A stretch of DNA of 64,000 nt from Podarcis liolepis. Lineage: Eukaryota. Location: NCBI GenBank assembly GCA_965112155.1, contig OZ218102.1. One strand, written 5' to 3'. Position 1 is the first letter of the stretch, and each line of letters begins with the position of its first letter. Made by a program: the position numbers and the translations under genes. Below, in pieces: positions 25,204 to 40,591 of the stretch. Under the pieces are notes generated by a model. That model was given only the letters and a program-made list of their open reading frames with translations, ran no database searches and was not told the origin of the DNA.

Positions 25204-26084
25204 TAAAGGCATCATCCATACTGCCTCACATCTGATGGGAAAGCAGGCACAGTGGGGCATCCATGTTGTGATTTCCTATGTCTTGTCAGAGGCGTCATGT
25301 ATATCCTGCTGCTCAGGCAGATGTTCTCCACCAGAATTTTCTGCTACCCAAAATTAGAATTGAGGAGTCACTGTTGTAGCCGACTGTATAATGTACTATG
25401 GCTTCCAGTTAAACGGTACACTGGATTCTTTTGTTTGGCGCTGGAAAACCATCTTCAAAGCATGGTATATAAAGTAGCAATTTTGGATGCAAGCATGTTA
25501 TAGCAGTACTTTGATTAGCAGTGCACTGGATTCCTAGAACCTACAGGCACAATGTAAGTTAGTGGTTTATTTATTGTTTTTACCCATGATGGGGGTTTCA
25601 AGGGTGCACACCCACTTTGCAAAAGCACCCCTCCCCCAGGGGGAATATGGTTGGAAGAAGACATAAGGTTGCAAAGCAGAACCGAATGGCAGGCAGCAGC
25701 CCTGCTGCTGAGTTAGGCAGCCACGTCACTAGGTGACCAGTTCACTTGAGCCAGAAGGAAGCCTCACTGTGATCAATAGGCTGCATAAGGTTAATGGCAT
25801 GCTCGTTACTAAGGCAAGGTATTCTCTATTAGCATCAAATCCAGTTTGTCTGGGTTCTTGGCAGAATGTGAGTGTTTTGGGGAAGCATTTCAATCTCTTC
25901 CCATTTCATCATTGTAATAGTCATAGACAGAAATCTAAGTGCGTGGCTCTACCTTTGGTTTATCTGGTGTTCCATTCTATATTTTATTTAATTCTCCATG
26001 TAATGTGCTTAAACCTGTTCTGACCTAAAGTGATGTCCCTTGTCCTGGGATGAAATGAGGCTGCAAATGTAAGAAAATGCTTGA

Positions 26085-26351
<267 letters not shown>

Positions 26352-26950
26352 TAGATTGTGGTTATATAGCTAGAAAAATGAGGTTGGAAAGATGGAAGAC
26401 TGACAAAGAATGCAAAAGTGGAATAATATATCAATATTACTTCAGTTAAGCGTATGAGAAGGGAAGATAATTATTAGACTAACGTTGCAATCCTAATTCC
26501 ACTTAACTGAATTCAATAGAAGTAAATCCCATCAAAGTTCCTGACATGATTAGGATTGTACCGTTCAGGGTCATCCTGTGCACATTTATATGAAAGTAAA
26601 TTTCATTAAATGCTTTGGGACTTGCTTCTGTGTAACAAGCATAAGACCATACTGTTAAAGTGGCATATGGGGTGAAGGACATATATTTTACGTTTTGAAA
26701 TAGTGGGGCTTGCTGAAACTAATTAATTTGGTCTGCCCTGGAGAAATTGCCTCTGGGGCCAAAAGAGATGGCACTACACAATAGAGTTGTCCTAGGAAAT
26801 GACTTATGATATCACAGATGCAAGAAATGGAAGCAAGGTGGAGGCCTTTATCCTGACAAGGCTGGACTGCTGGTAGGATGCATGGCAGCTGGAAAATGTA
26901 CATTGTTACAGGAACTACATCTCAGTTGACTTTTATGTTTCCATTGCTAG

Positions 26951-27259
<309 letters not shown>

Positions 27260-27873
27260 TAAAAGCAATTTTCTTCATTACTGCTAAGACTTTGGTGTTC
27301 TTCCTCCATCCCCTTGTCATAAAGAATGCCTGGCTTAGTTTACTGTTGAATCAGGTTTTGCCCTTCTGTGGTTTTTTTCAACATTGTGTGTGGGTTTCCT
27401 CTTCAGCCTCACCTGATCACACAAGCACAACATCAGATGACCCTTCTATCCTCCCTCAGCACTAAGTTTTGTGCTGCAAACATGGACAACAGTTGAAGAA
27501 TGCAGCAGTTGCCACCACTGTAATTGTTCAAAACATTTCTTCCACCATTCAGAGGATCACATCTCCTCCTGGAATTGAGTCAAAAGACCAAAGTGTAATT
27601 CATTAAATCAGGTCTCCGCACTGCACCATTACTGGAGAGTAGTGGATTTATACTGTGTTTGATGTACAGCTGTGTCTTACTTTGAAAATGTGACTAACTT
27701 GATTGCTATATATGGCTAAAATAGGATAATTGGAAATGTCATATGACTTTGTTGACTAAATTGTTGTTTTCAGTTGGAACTGAATTTGTTGGAACAGTTG
27801 GAACAGTAATTTGAACTTGCTTATCTCTCTTTTGAGAGCCTATCCCTTTTTCTTGAAATGAGCCTGTATTTAG

Positions 27874-28002
<129 letters not shown>

Positions 28003-28802
28003 TAAATGACATATTTTACTTTTTGGTAGTTGTCAGCAACTAAAGTCATTACTACTTTCATTGCTGATGGTAAGTTTTAAGATTGCTCTTTGTGCTCCAG
28101 ATCCTGCAGTTTTCTGAATTTCCTCACTGCCCCCAACAGTGGTGCCTAAACCTTGCTGTTTTGTTCAGTCATTGTATTTAAATTGTTGCTTTTCATTTTC
28201 ACAATAACAAATACTAATACTGGCTGCCAGAGCCAACTTTGGTTTTGCTTGGGCAATGTGTGCACACACACACATGCATACCCTGGTTTCTGGGCTGGCT
28301 GGGATACACTCCTCCCCACTGCTGGCAGTGGTGGCTGCTCTCTTTTTCTCTGCCATCAGTTACCATTTCCTCCTTTGTATGCTTTCTTTTTGGGCCCACT
28401 GGTGTGAGGGTTAGGCAGCAAGATGAAATGCAGCATCTACTTCCAGCTCCTTATGCCTGGAGGGAGAGAGTAAGGGAGCAAATGGAAGCCGCTCCTGCTT
28501 CTCACCTCTGCTACCAGCAGATTTAGGCAAGTAGGAAGAAGCAGCAAGCACAGAGGAAAGGAGTGAGTGAGGGATCTGGCAGTGAAGAGAAGGACCTCCC
28601 ACCACTCTGCAGCCATTTAGAAGGGCTCCAGTCGGCAATGACTACTAAGCCCCTGTGGATTGTGGGCCTCATCCCTATTAAGCTGGAATTGAAATAAATA
28701 ATTTGAAAGGTTAAACAATTTTTGTTGCTACAACAGAATTCTGAATACAGCTGTTGGTGATTTGCTGACTTTGTTTTGTTGACAAATGTATTTTTTTTTT
28801 AA

Positions 28803-28937
<135 letters not shown>

Positions 28938-31900
28938 CACAAGGCTGCATGACCAGTCCCGCCCCCCAGCTACCACTAACGGCTATGACATCATTGGGGC
29001 AGATGCCTCCTCTTCCTGGTCCAGTTACTTCTATTACTGCACCATTTTATGATGCTAGCTTCCGTTGCCAAGTCTGCTGACTGAGGGATGGGGGATACCA
29101 GTGAGTGCAACTGAACATCAGGGGCCCATGCCTTTCCTCATCCTTCCTTCAGAATGAGGGTTCAGTTGGACTGAGGCTCCAAGACTAACAGTTGCAGTTG
29201 GGTAGAGAGAACCTTGAGGAACGGCAGTACCGCTTCAGATTGCTCTTGTGTGTTAAATTGCACTGTGTTCATTTGAATTGTTAATTGTGACAGCCCCCTT
29301 GATTAAGTAGGAGAGTTCTCCTGGCAGTCTGGGCAACGGAGTACAACAACATATTTTTAGGTTATTTTTAATTTTTTTAACCTCTGATATTTATCTACCA
29401 TGAGCTGATTAGTCCTTATACACCCCAGGCAAGCAGATGACATGATGTGTTACAAGGATGTATGTCAGCAGAGATTCCTCCCTCCTCCTCTTCGCAGAAG
29501 ATGGCAATTGAAAGGGGAAACAAAATTTACTGCAGATGAAATTTACTGCGTGCACAAATCCAGGAGGGTTCAGTTCCCACATCTAGCTGCTCTTGGTTTT
29601 GACAAAGAAGGAAAGTAGCCCTCTAGATAGGACAGTAATGCATAAATGAAGGTGAACTGTTCTGGGTTATGTTTGGGAGTAGCTTGCGTTTCCTTGTCTC
29701 CTGGAAGTACAATCTCCCTCTCCTTTGGGGTTTTTCCCTGGGTTTCTAACTTGAAATACAAGCAGCATGGTCTGCTGTTGGATTGGGGCTGATATTATTC
29801 CCCACAAAGCCATTGTTAAAGCAATTCAAAAAGGACGTGAAAATTGTGTATAGGAAACACTCCATGGGACCTGTGTTTAACTGGCAGCAGTTTTATTTAG
29901 CATGACCCTGATATCCAGGTAATGAAATACACAGTAAATGTTAGCCTTTAAGTGGTTATCTAATATAGGTGCCATCGCTGCACTGGTGCTTCAATACAAG
30001 ATACATATAATTGGAAGTCATTCAGATTGATTTAAAAGTATATAGCCTCCAGATAAGTGTACTTAGAACTGGAACCTAAGGAATATTTTCAACCCATACC
30101 TCCCCAACCCACCCCTGCAAAGTTAACTCACAACCATGTTTAACTATCCTGTGGATTTTAAAATTGCCCTTCCTATTGTTGCTGAATAGCCAGTACATCA
30201 AATCATAACTGGAAAGCTCTTTTTCCCATTCAACTATCCTAATTCTCCTGTGTGAGTCACTATGTGTTATCATGAATGCAGGCATTCTTAAATGAATCCA
30301 CAGGGACTATAAAATGGTAGTGCAGGACTTGTGGAAATCTTGGTAATCAGCATTGATAGATTAAAAAAAATACAGTGGAGAGCACAGCATTATGAGAATC
30401 TGATACCTTATATGCAGTATGTGTAAGGACAGTAGCTTTTATGGAAGGCTTATTGGAAGCCAGGAATTATCTGGGAATTGTCTTTTACTGTGGGATGCAA
30501 GCTTCCAGATTCTTGGTGAATGAACATTGCCCTGGTGGGGAGGGTGAGGGGAGATTAATGCCTTCTATCTTGAAGCAAAGCCTCAAAGGCAGACTGAATA
30601 GATGTTGGATTACTGGAGAGGTAGACATGAATAGCCCATATGAACTGGTGAGCAATATTTGCCAGTATCTGGCTTGGTTGCATCAAAGTGAACTGCTGGC
30701 TAGAAGAGGGCAATCATATTATCTTCCTGGCAAAAGGACTGTTCAGAGAATCTAGGAAGCCTCCAAATTACTTATTTTTCTACCACTATTCCTCCTGTCT
30801 CAGAAGAAAACCTAACCTTGAAATTTTGTTTGTCAATGAACACATATCTAGATGGTTATGGGTGGGAATGAGAGAGAGAGGAGCTCATATTCCAGATATC
30901 TGCAGTACTGCCCCAGCTTTGGTTTTGTATCAGATCATTTGTATGGATTACCACTTTTTTCCCTTCTAATGATGATGAAATGTGTTTGAATGTGAAGGGA
31001 CTGTCATGATTTCCTGCTACTGAGAATAAATCAGTCTTCTTACAAATTAGAGTGATTTGTAGTTAATGTTCCAGGTGCCCTGGACTGATGGGAGATTGTA
31101 GATGGGAGAGGAGAGTTCAGCTGTGGTCATGCCATCCATCTCTGCTCTCAGACAGTATTGAAACATAGGGCTACACTAATTACTATTCAAGTGTTCTACT
31201 TTAGAATTTAAATTGTAAAGATTTTTTTAAAAGCAAAAAGGAAAAAAAAATGGTGCTAATCTTTCACCCCTGAGCACATTCGGTGAGACTGGTCATGCAG
31301 GCATATAGTGCCAGGCTATTCAATATTGCTTTTTTTAAAAAAAAAATGTTTGCCCTGTTATGTGTCTTCAACAGTGTATAGTGTTAATTATTTGGTTTCA
31401 TTTTAATGGGTGTGGGAGTTCAGGAGCCAGGTGGGGACCTTAGTTGCCATTTTAAAGAACAGACTTTTGGGAGTGACTTGACCTACTTGGTTTAATTTAA
31501 CCATTTCACTGAAGTAAGCTAAATTGGTTTTGGAGTGAGAGGTGGTCTCATTCCCTGCCCTTATTTCCATCCAACCACCTAGTCTGTATAAATGGAAATG
31601 CCTCTGTTAAAGTTGGATTGTGGTGTTTTCTTGTACTAAGTGGAACAGCAAGCAGGCCATGAAGCACGAAATAGTCCTGAGAAATGGGTACATTCAGCAT
31701 TGGTCTCATAATGGAGTTCAGTTACAGTATCTTTGAACAAGTGTGTTAGTGGTGTCATTCCTGCAAAATGTATGGGGTCGTCTGCAGAAGATGACACTAT
31801 ATCTGGCTCATACATAGCAGTAATGCAGCAAGATGAGCCAACACTGATATTTGAATGATGTGGGAACCAACAAAATAGCTAAAAGAGAACCGCCTGTTCT

Positions 31901-32583
31901 GGAGCCGTAACCAGTTGTATTTTTCAGCTGATTAGTGAGTAGCAGGATTGTATAAAGACCTTAGCAATAGTCTTCTGGTCTGATTGGGAACTGGCTCATC
32001 CTTAGCTACAAGCAAGTGCCTTTTGGTCTAGATGGGTTTATTTCAAGACAACTGTAGTTGGGAATCTTCCTTGCTGCAGCCATGTATCTTTAGTGTATGG
32101 TTTTTGTTTTTGTTTTTTCTCTCCAGCAGATAATGTCTTCGATCACTGGAGTCTCACTGTTCCCCCCACCCCTTTTCATAATGACAACGAGCCTATCTTG
32201 ATAGAGGCATTTTGGTCAGAAAGATTTTATGGTCAGAATATCAGATCAGCAGAAAACTGCATCTGAAGACCATAAAGGCGAAGTAATCTGTACATTTCAA
32301 CCAAAATTTTAAGTTTTGCACATAATTGTTTTCCCCGATTCATTGTTAACATTGCAGTCTTCATTGACTGAGTGCTGTTTTGTTTGATTTCTAGCACCAA
32401 AATGAGTGACATTTTGGGGTTGTTATTTTTCTTTTGTTTTTCCTTTAAAAGCAAGGAATTTCTTTTGACCTTCAGTGCAGAGATGTCAGACCAATTCTTT
32501 GTTATTACACTTGGTTGCCTCCTAGCTATATAACTTCTGGGTGTAAATCATTGAACTTTACCCTCTAATGAAGTATTGTAGAA

Positions 32584-32720
32584 AATAAATTGTAATGGAT
32601 ACATTTTTATCTTGTTCCTCTTTTATTGGTGTCTTTGTCGATTTTGACTTTTCACATTACAATCTAATACTAATAATTCATTTTGTGTTGTTTCTTTTTA
32701 ATCCTACAAGGAAAATTAAA
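32584..32720 (+). terminator. Candidate AMMECR1L poly(A) signals (AATAAA 32584-32589, ATTAAA 32715-32720) ending a ~3.7-kb 3'UTR
   Basis: Hexamers in U-rich, TGTA-containing context at the end of a long repeat-poor UTR-like stretch. Confidence 0.5.
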
Positions 32721-34209
32721 GTTGAAATGCAAGCAGTGTGGATTCTTTAACAAAATTAGGAAATGCTCAGAAGTAATGAGATTGGAACTTGTATTTTTTA
32801 AAAATTCAAACTTTCATGCTTATCTGGTTGTGGTGAACTGCCTGTTCTCATTAGTTTGAAGATAAAAAGTGATTTCAGGGTGGTCGTTTTGAAATTGACA
32901 TTTACCAAAATTATGTATGGAAAGTGCTTTAAAAGCACAGCTGCAACATAAATGCTGAGAAAGCGTTTACAGTTCTGTATCACTTAGATTATGCATAGCA
33001 ATAGTCTTAACTCAATATATCTGTAAAAAAAGAAAGCTGAGCCTGTCAGACTCAATAGGTAGCAAGTGCCATAGGTATTTCCTTTGTGTTTTGGTAAAGA
33101 ATGCCAGCAACAGTGCCAGATCAACTTCAGTTGATAATACCAACCAAAAAATCCCAACAGGAAAAGACTAGTGTGATTTTATACCAATTAAGCGTTAAGC
33201 GGTTCTTTCTTGCTTGAGGGTGTATGACCTGAAGACAAGTACCACTACCTGTCCTGATGTGCAGAATGAGCAGTAATGCTTCTACAGTAATAGAAGGATA
33301 CATTCTGCTTTACTGCTGTTGCATTGATTTGGAATCAAAAATTCTCTAATAAATAGATTATTCTATCCCTTAAAGCACTTAATCTTATAAGACAATTGGA
33401 TTCTACTTTGGCAAGCTCTGGAAAGTTTTGTTTTTCAAAACTAGTAAAGTTCTGAAAGTATGGTGTTTTGTGATCCAAGTGTCCACCTTCCCCAGTGCCA
33501 TGAATGAACAAGGTGAAATGTTAAAAGTGAGTAAAGAGTGTTTCATCAAGCTGCTAGTCCAAATTCTTTGACTCTAATTTCTCATCATAAGCTACAATAT
33601 ATATTTAGGACCTGTGAGACACAGTATCCAGTGTACAGGGCTATTGATGATACTATTTTAATGCAAATTTGACCAACAGACCTATTCTATATATATTTAC
33701 TCAGAAGTTAGTTCCACTGGTTTTTAAAGTGGGCTTATTTCCAAGTAGGGCTGGAACAACAGGGTATTCATAATGCAAACCTAAACATCCTAAGGATTGA
33801 GTCCCACTGAACACATTGGAGTTACTTATGAGTAAAAATGTTTAGGATTGTCAGAATTACTTCCTGACCCTTTGCTTGTTTAAGTAATCATATAAATCTG
33901 CACGCTCTTGGAAATTGTAATGCATCATGCTTTCCTGAACTCAATGTTATTACAGATGCACACTTGCTCAAAGGCTGCAATCCTAACCCCACTTACCTGG
34001 GAGTAAGCCCCAATGAAATCAGTGGCACTTCTCAGCAGATATGGTTAGATAGGAGTGGGATTTAAATAGAAGAATTGACATCTGGGGGGAATTACCAAAA
34101 GGCAGCACTTGGCACTTTGTCCTGGATCTTAGGTAAATAGGTGTTTTCGTTTAAAAAAAAGCTCAACAACTTTTGGGGTGTCCTGGCAACCCTACCTATT
34201 GTTGCCTTT

Positions 34210-34250
34210 GACTGGACTTAACTGTCCAGAGGTCCTTTACCTTTTTACCT
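34210..34250 (+). mobile_element. Sauria SINE 3' tip
   Basis: GACTGGACTTAACTGTCCAGAGGTCCTTTACCTTTTTACCT. Confidence 0.55.
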
Positions 34251-34929
34251 ATTAGTGATGCCTTCCACTCCCATTCAGAGGGAATTGTGAGTTAAATTCC
34301 TTAGGGTTATGTTAACAACGTGAAGTAAGTTTCTGCTCAATGAGGTGCATGCTCACTTGTTTCCCCCCCCCCCCTCTTATGAATGGGTAATGCAGAGAGT
34401 GAAATGTGTTTGCCACTTGTCCATTTTTCACCTGGACAGTATGGAAATTGCAGATCAATATTTGACGTCTAAGGGGTGCCTTGGCTGCAAAAAGCAGTTG
34501 GGTTAGGGCAGGGCTTTCCCTTCTCTGCCGTCACTTTAGCAGCAGTGGTACTGCTCAGTTCCAGTGGCGTAGTTAGGGAAGGAGAGAGAAACAACTGGTT
34601 AGGGCAATGTTTGGGTCTTGACTGTCACTTGGATGCGCCAGGGCCTGTGGTTCACGCAGCTAGCTCTGCTTGCTGGCCTAGAAGTATTGAGGGGAGAGCC
34701 CCCTCGCCCGTATGCGCCCTAAGCGAATCAGTTGCAAAGGCAGGCAGATGAGCTTGAAGCAGGCAGGGACCCACAACAAACTGGGACCCTTCCAATGCCA
34801 CATTCTCCCTCTTGCCATCCTCCTGGCCTATCTGCGGGTTTTGAACGTGGGTCACACTGTTGCATCGAACCCCACATTCCGTTTACGAACTGGCTCCCTG
34901 CCAGCTAGGTAGTTTTGATGAGGGATGGG

Positions 34930-36230
34930 GGCCGTGAGCACACAACATGTTGCAGGACTCCTATAACCCCTGGCTATCGGCCATGGCGGCTGCGCTTGAG
35001 GGGAGTGCAGTCCGATACCTCGAGGGCTGCTTATTACCCGTCGCGGCTTTAAGCGCCTTTGGGGGGCTGCCCCATTTCCTAGCCTGCAGACTTTGGGTAC
35101 TCCAGACGCTTCAGCGGGGTTTCAGCTCTGCACTGCTTCCTGGCCTAGAAACCTGCTTCCTTTGTATCAGGGGAGCACTAAATATATACAAATATTATTA
35201 TTATTATTTATGGGGGCGGGCGATCGGGCGTTGTCTGTCGGGTCTGGATTCATTTACTGACAGGATCTTGCTAACAATCGCGGGAACCCTGTAAACCCCA
35301 CTGGATTCACGCTCCGCAATCCTGAACGCACTTGCTGGGGAGTAAGCCGCGCTGAACGTGGTGGGATTTACTTCGGAGTAAGGGGGTCCAGGGCAACGCT
35401 GGGAGCGGGCGCTTTGAGGCCGCGCGACCCTATCGCTCTCCTCCGCCAAACTACTCCGGGGAGAGAACACACCATGTTCAATATAGCCCGACACACTTTT
35501 TCCCCTTTCTTTCTCTCTCTTTCCTTCAGCACAAGCCGAGACGGCATCCGGGCCGGCTCTTCCACCGCCAGAGGGCGTCGCGGGCACCTGCTCAGGCCTC
35601 CTCCTTTCCTTTTCCGGCCGGCCAAGCGCTTCGGTTTTCCGGGGCTGGCTGAGGCGATGGCGGCCGGAGGCGCCGATGCTGTGGATGTGGAGGAGGATGC
35701 TTCTCAGCTCTTATTTCCCAAGGGTGAGCGGCTGGGCTCTCGGGGCGCGCAGGAGACGCGAGGCGCTCCCGGCCTTGTCCCGGAGGAGACCTCGGCTTGT
35801 GAGGGAGCAAAGAGGCAGCAGGAGCCTTGCCTGGAGGGGAGCAACGTTCCTCATTCTTGGCTGTAAAAAGCGCTCGTGTATCGCTAGCCTCACTCGCACC
35901 ATACGTTGAAAGCGACATGGTACCGCTTTCATAATAATAATAATGGTTCCCCGTCGCCAAATAATTCGGGGAGCTGTGGTTTGTTAAGGGTAATTAGACT
36001 GGTTAGGAGACACCCCTATTTCGCCTCACGGAGCTACGGTTTCGGAGTGATTTTAACCAACAGTTCTTCACAGGGAACTCTGGAAATGGTGGCTCTGGAT
36101 GGGGGGCGGGGGAAGGATAAGGGTCTCGGCGCCCTTAGAAAAACTACAGCTCCCAGAATTGTTTGCGGGAAGCCCTGTCTGCTTAACGTGGCACCATACT
36201 GGTTTTAAATGCACGGTGCGAATGTGCGTT
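34930..36230 (+). promoter_or_regulatory. CpG island / POLR2D promoter
   Basis: CpG-dense region around the POLR2D ATG; GC box GGGGCGGG near 35213; TTCCGG ETS motifs just upstream of the ATG. Confidence 0.85.
35657..35723 (+). CDS. POLR2D: RNA polymerase II subunit RPB4, exon 1
   Basis: MAAGGADAVDVEEDASQLLFPK; CDS join(35657..35723,37036..37216,39390..39485,40046..40124) = 423 nt, 140 aa. Confidence 0.95.
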
Positions 36231-36929
36231 TAATGTGAGTCTTCTCTCCGTTCCTGTTATCCGAGGCAAGTGGTGCAGCAGTTTTGAAGTTGAGCATCTC
36301 TGGCCCTTCCCTGGATGGGAGGCTGTTTAGTATTCTATTGTATGCTACATATACAATTGTTATATAAACTGTAGATAAATATATGGCTCTGTTTCTGGGG
36401 TCCATGCCATGCAGTTACTTTGATTGTTGGTTTAGAGTTCACACTCTCAGAACAGCTGCCTTGAGCAAGCACCAAACAGTATGTTTGTTTGTTTTGTTTG
36501 CTTTTTGTCTTTCAAAGCAGCATAGGATGCCTTCTGTGTTCCAAAGCAATCTGAGGCCCTTTTTTAAGATTCAAGTTTTATATGTGCTAGTACTTTGGAA
36601 AGATTTTCACATTTACATGTGTGTTGAAGTATTCTGGAGAAGCATGTGACTGTATTGCACAAATAATTGAGCTGGAGAATGATCTCCTTTTTGTAAATTT
36701 GGCAGGATGGGCCAGATAATTATTATTGTTTTTACATCTGTGTATAGCTGGATCTTAATATGGGGTAGTAGAATAAATGGTACCACTTCAATCACATGTT
36801 TGAATGCTCCCACAGGTACAGCAAAGAGAGGATTCATCTAGAATCTTTCTTTCATATGTTTTCTCAATTGAGTGAGTGGGTTTTATGTGTCAGATCATTC
36901 AAAAATAGTATTCTCTACCCACCACCTGA

Positions 36930-37217
<288 letters not shown>

Positions 37218-37750
37218 TGAATAATTTTTCAAATAAATTATTTTTCATAGGCTAATGGGGGAGTGAATGCAAAAGAAGCTGAACAAATAAAACCTTTTCC
37301 CAAATGCAAATACATTTAATTTCTAGCATTAAATGAAGTTATTTTGTAAGTTGGTTTTATTTCACAATTGAAAGTAATGTGCAGGTGTGACATCTGTTGA
37401 GACCTTTTAGTTTCTACATTTCCTAGACTGCTCTTCAGTGTGTGCTTCAGATTTAAAAGTCTATAACATGTGATGTTAAACTATAGTTTAATGCAAATGG
37501 AAATGTATTTCATTTTCATTTGATAGAATCCTGACTTGTAAATGCATAGAAACCAGATTTTGCTATAAACCATGACATCTGGTTTATATGCAATAGCAAG
37601 CTGGGTTTCTTGGAAGCAAAACTAGACACTGCTGAAGTTTACCCCCTGGTAATGCAGGCAGAAGAGAGTGAAGGAAGGAGCGTGAGAGCCTGAGTATAAG
37701 TTTGGTTCATCTCAGTTCATGCACATAGTACTAAGCCATAGAACCTAGAG

Positions 37751-37954
37751 CAAAGCTTTCCAAACTGTGTCGCAACATGTTAGTGTGTCAGCTGCAGTGT
37801 GTAGGTTTGTAATGTGAACCATCCCCATGCTCCCCCTGGGGCTGGAAAGGGGTTAGTTTAACCTCTGGTTTGCTAGTAAAACTGAATTATTTTGGCGCAA
37901 AATGATGCCTATCTAGAAAGTGTATCATCAACATGAAAAATTTGGAAAGCTCTG
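37751..37954. mobile_element. Non-autonomous hAT element
   Basis: TIRs CAAAGCTTTCCAAA / TTTGGAAAGCTCTG; 8-bp TSD ACCTAGAG/ACGTAGAG (7/8 match); second copy at 41982-42194. Confidence 0.8.
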
Positions 37955-39139
37955 ACGTAGAGCCATGAGTTCTTTCCATGTTATTTCTTTAGTTGATGCT
38001 TATGTGGTTTGTAGGATTATAAATTACAAGATTTGTCACTTTCAGTCTTGTAAGGGTAGGATTCAACATTCCTTCCGCTAGTCTAGAACTGATACAGTTG
38101 CCTCTTAAGCTAAAGAATTACCAACATTACTTACCTAGCCTAGCTTGGGCCGTACTTTGTTTGGTTGCATTTATTGGGCAAATGTACAGATCTCTACCAC
38201 CCTGTGCTAATCTAAGTGGACAATATGGCTGAAGGATCTGATGCTGTGCTGATTTTGCTCTTCCACGTGGTAGTGATTGATAACTGGCTCACTATTTCTA
38301 ACCAGCATTGAGTAGGAAATAGACTAATACTATATTCAAATGTAATCACTGACTGCCAGCAGCTTCAGAGCCGTAGTGGGAACGGGTTTCCCTAATGGTG
38401 AACTTCCAAAAGGCATCTGATGGTTCAATGTGGAAAGCAGGGTGTAGGTGTAGATAGATAATTGAGATGATTCAAAATAGCTCTTGTTTTTCCTTCTTCA
38501 ATTAATTTTTCCTTAGTATAAGCATGATTCCTTCTAGAGCCCATGATTTTAAACTTTTGTCTGTTATCTACTTCTCATAACTCTTGCACATGCTTGAAAT
38601 CTGGAAAGTGTTCACTGATTCTGTTCACTGTTAGTGGCTGTGTGTGCTTTTATGTCAAAGCACTCAGATAAACCCTGTTTCAAAGTTGTTATAGGCAATG
38701 GGTTGACACTTGTCCAAGCAGTTTCTTCTTTGCCTTTCGGAACAATAACCATGTAATTCTGTATATTTCCTCAGAAGTAAGTCCCATTGAGTTCAATGGG
38801 GCTTACTCAAAGGTATGTGGGAACAGAATTGCTGCCTAAATAGATGTAGAGTTGGTACTTACTTACATTTATTAAAAGCAGTGTGAATTGACAGAAACAT
38901 TTGGAAATCTAGTGGGTTCCCTCTTGTTGATGGAAATGCCATCCTTCTGAAATCCTAACCAGATTTGTTAAATAAGTAACTTTCAGTTAAAGTGATCTAT
39001 CTAGGAATACTAATTTTGGTGGAGTAAATAGTAAGCAACTGTTACTTTTTCTTTGAAGCATGTTACAATATAAAGCCATGTATTTACTTTTAGTATTTTT
39101 GTGATACTTTTGTGTGATCTTTTCATAGACTATATATAC

Positions 39140-39275
39140 CAGGCATAGGCAAACCTGGCCCTCCAGATGTTTTGGGACTACAACTCCCATCATCCCTAGC
39201 TAACAGGACCAGTGATCAGGAATGACGGGAGTTGTAGTCCCAAAACATCTGGAGGGCCAAGTTTGCCTATGCCTG
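39140..39275. mobile_element. Palindromic hAT-type MITE
   Basis: Near-perfect 136-bp foldback CAGGCATAGGCAAAC...GTTTGCCTATGCCTG; shares its core with 52367-52502. Confidence 0.85.
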
Positions 39276-39303
39276 ATAAAAATAAATCCCTAATCCTTTT
39301 TGA

Positions 39304-39486
<183 letters not shown>

Positions 39487-40045
39487 TGAGTCACACCAGG
39501 TGAAAGGATTCACTTCATGTTCCAAAGGGTTTGTAAAGCATGAACAACTAAAAAGTCAGAGTAATGGTTCTACAGTTGGATTTAAGGTTAGCATACCAGC
39601 CAGTTAACTGGTCAATATATTTTCAATTGACTGCCTATTATTTTGACCATAATCAAGCATCTCTTGAAGCCCTGATGCTTGAAGAAGTGGCCTGCTGCCT
39701 ATTTAGCTCAACTATCTTTTAAAAACTCGTTATCTTTTTTTAAATAATTGCTGCTACTATGTTTTGTTCTTATTTCTTTTTTAAATGTAATTTATAGCTT
39801 TACCTTTGTAGGATAATGCCCAAAAGTACAACCCACATTTGCAGAAATCTTACCTGCCATTGGCTACACCGAGACAATCCTCCGGACCATAATCAAATCA
39901 GATATGAGCCCTGTGCTCTTAACACTCCCCCTCACCATGCAACTTAATACATTATTCATAGTTTTTCCCTTTCAGGAAAGCTTGAGCATCAACCCTTAAA
40001 AAGAGAGAGAGAGAAACTTAACCATTGCTTGCTCCTGTCTTTCAG

Positions 40046-40124
40046 CTTAGAGGGTCGGTTTGAAGATGAAGAGTTGCAGCAGATTCTTGATGACATTCAG
40101 ACCAAGCGAAGTTTTCAGTATTAG
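40046..40124 (+). CDS. POLR2D: POLR2D exon 4 (last coding)
   Basis: [26 protein letters not shown]. Confidence 0.96.
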
Positions 40125-40585
40125 AAGGAACAACCAGACCCTCCAAACTCTGAACATGGAAAAAGAGAAATCTAAGAATGTTCATTTGTTTCTATACATC
40201 TTTGGACCAGTCCTGACTCTCTCTCGATAGAAAAGAGAAGCTGATGTGGGGTGATGACATGCTTTTAAAAAGGGTTTCTTAGCTCTTTGGACTTGTTGAA
40301 TGTTGAGAGAGTTGGCAAGACTACTGTGGCATGAGCCACAGAACACTGAAAAGTTTGCCTTGATTAGTTTAATATTTGTTTCCAAACTTTGTCTTCCTCC
40401 TGGGAATATACAGAATGTTTATGGGGCCAGACAGAATGAACATACGTTGCCCAAGATAGGAGAAACTTTTCCTATTATATTTTGAGAATTGTAATAGTAG
40501 AATCAGGATAGATAAATTTGTGTGTTTTTTTAATCAAAAGCCTGAGTTTTTCTCCTCAACAATAATTTTGTACAATTGTTTGTGA

Positions 40586-40591
40586 ATTAAA
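40586..40591 (+). terminator. Probable POLR2D poly(A) signal ATTAAA
   Basis: TGTA upstream (40569-40572) and GU-rich GTTTGTGATTTGTG downstream. Confidence 0.55.

Noticed and set aside
28938-32720. Isolated miRNA seed matches (e.g. TTGCACTG at 29258) in the AMMECR1L 3'UTR
   Set aside because: Single 7-8-mers are expected by chance in 3.7 kb; needs conservation data.
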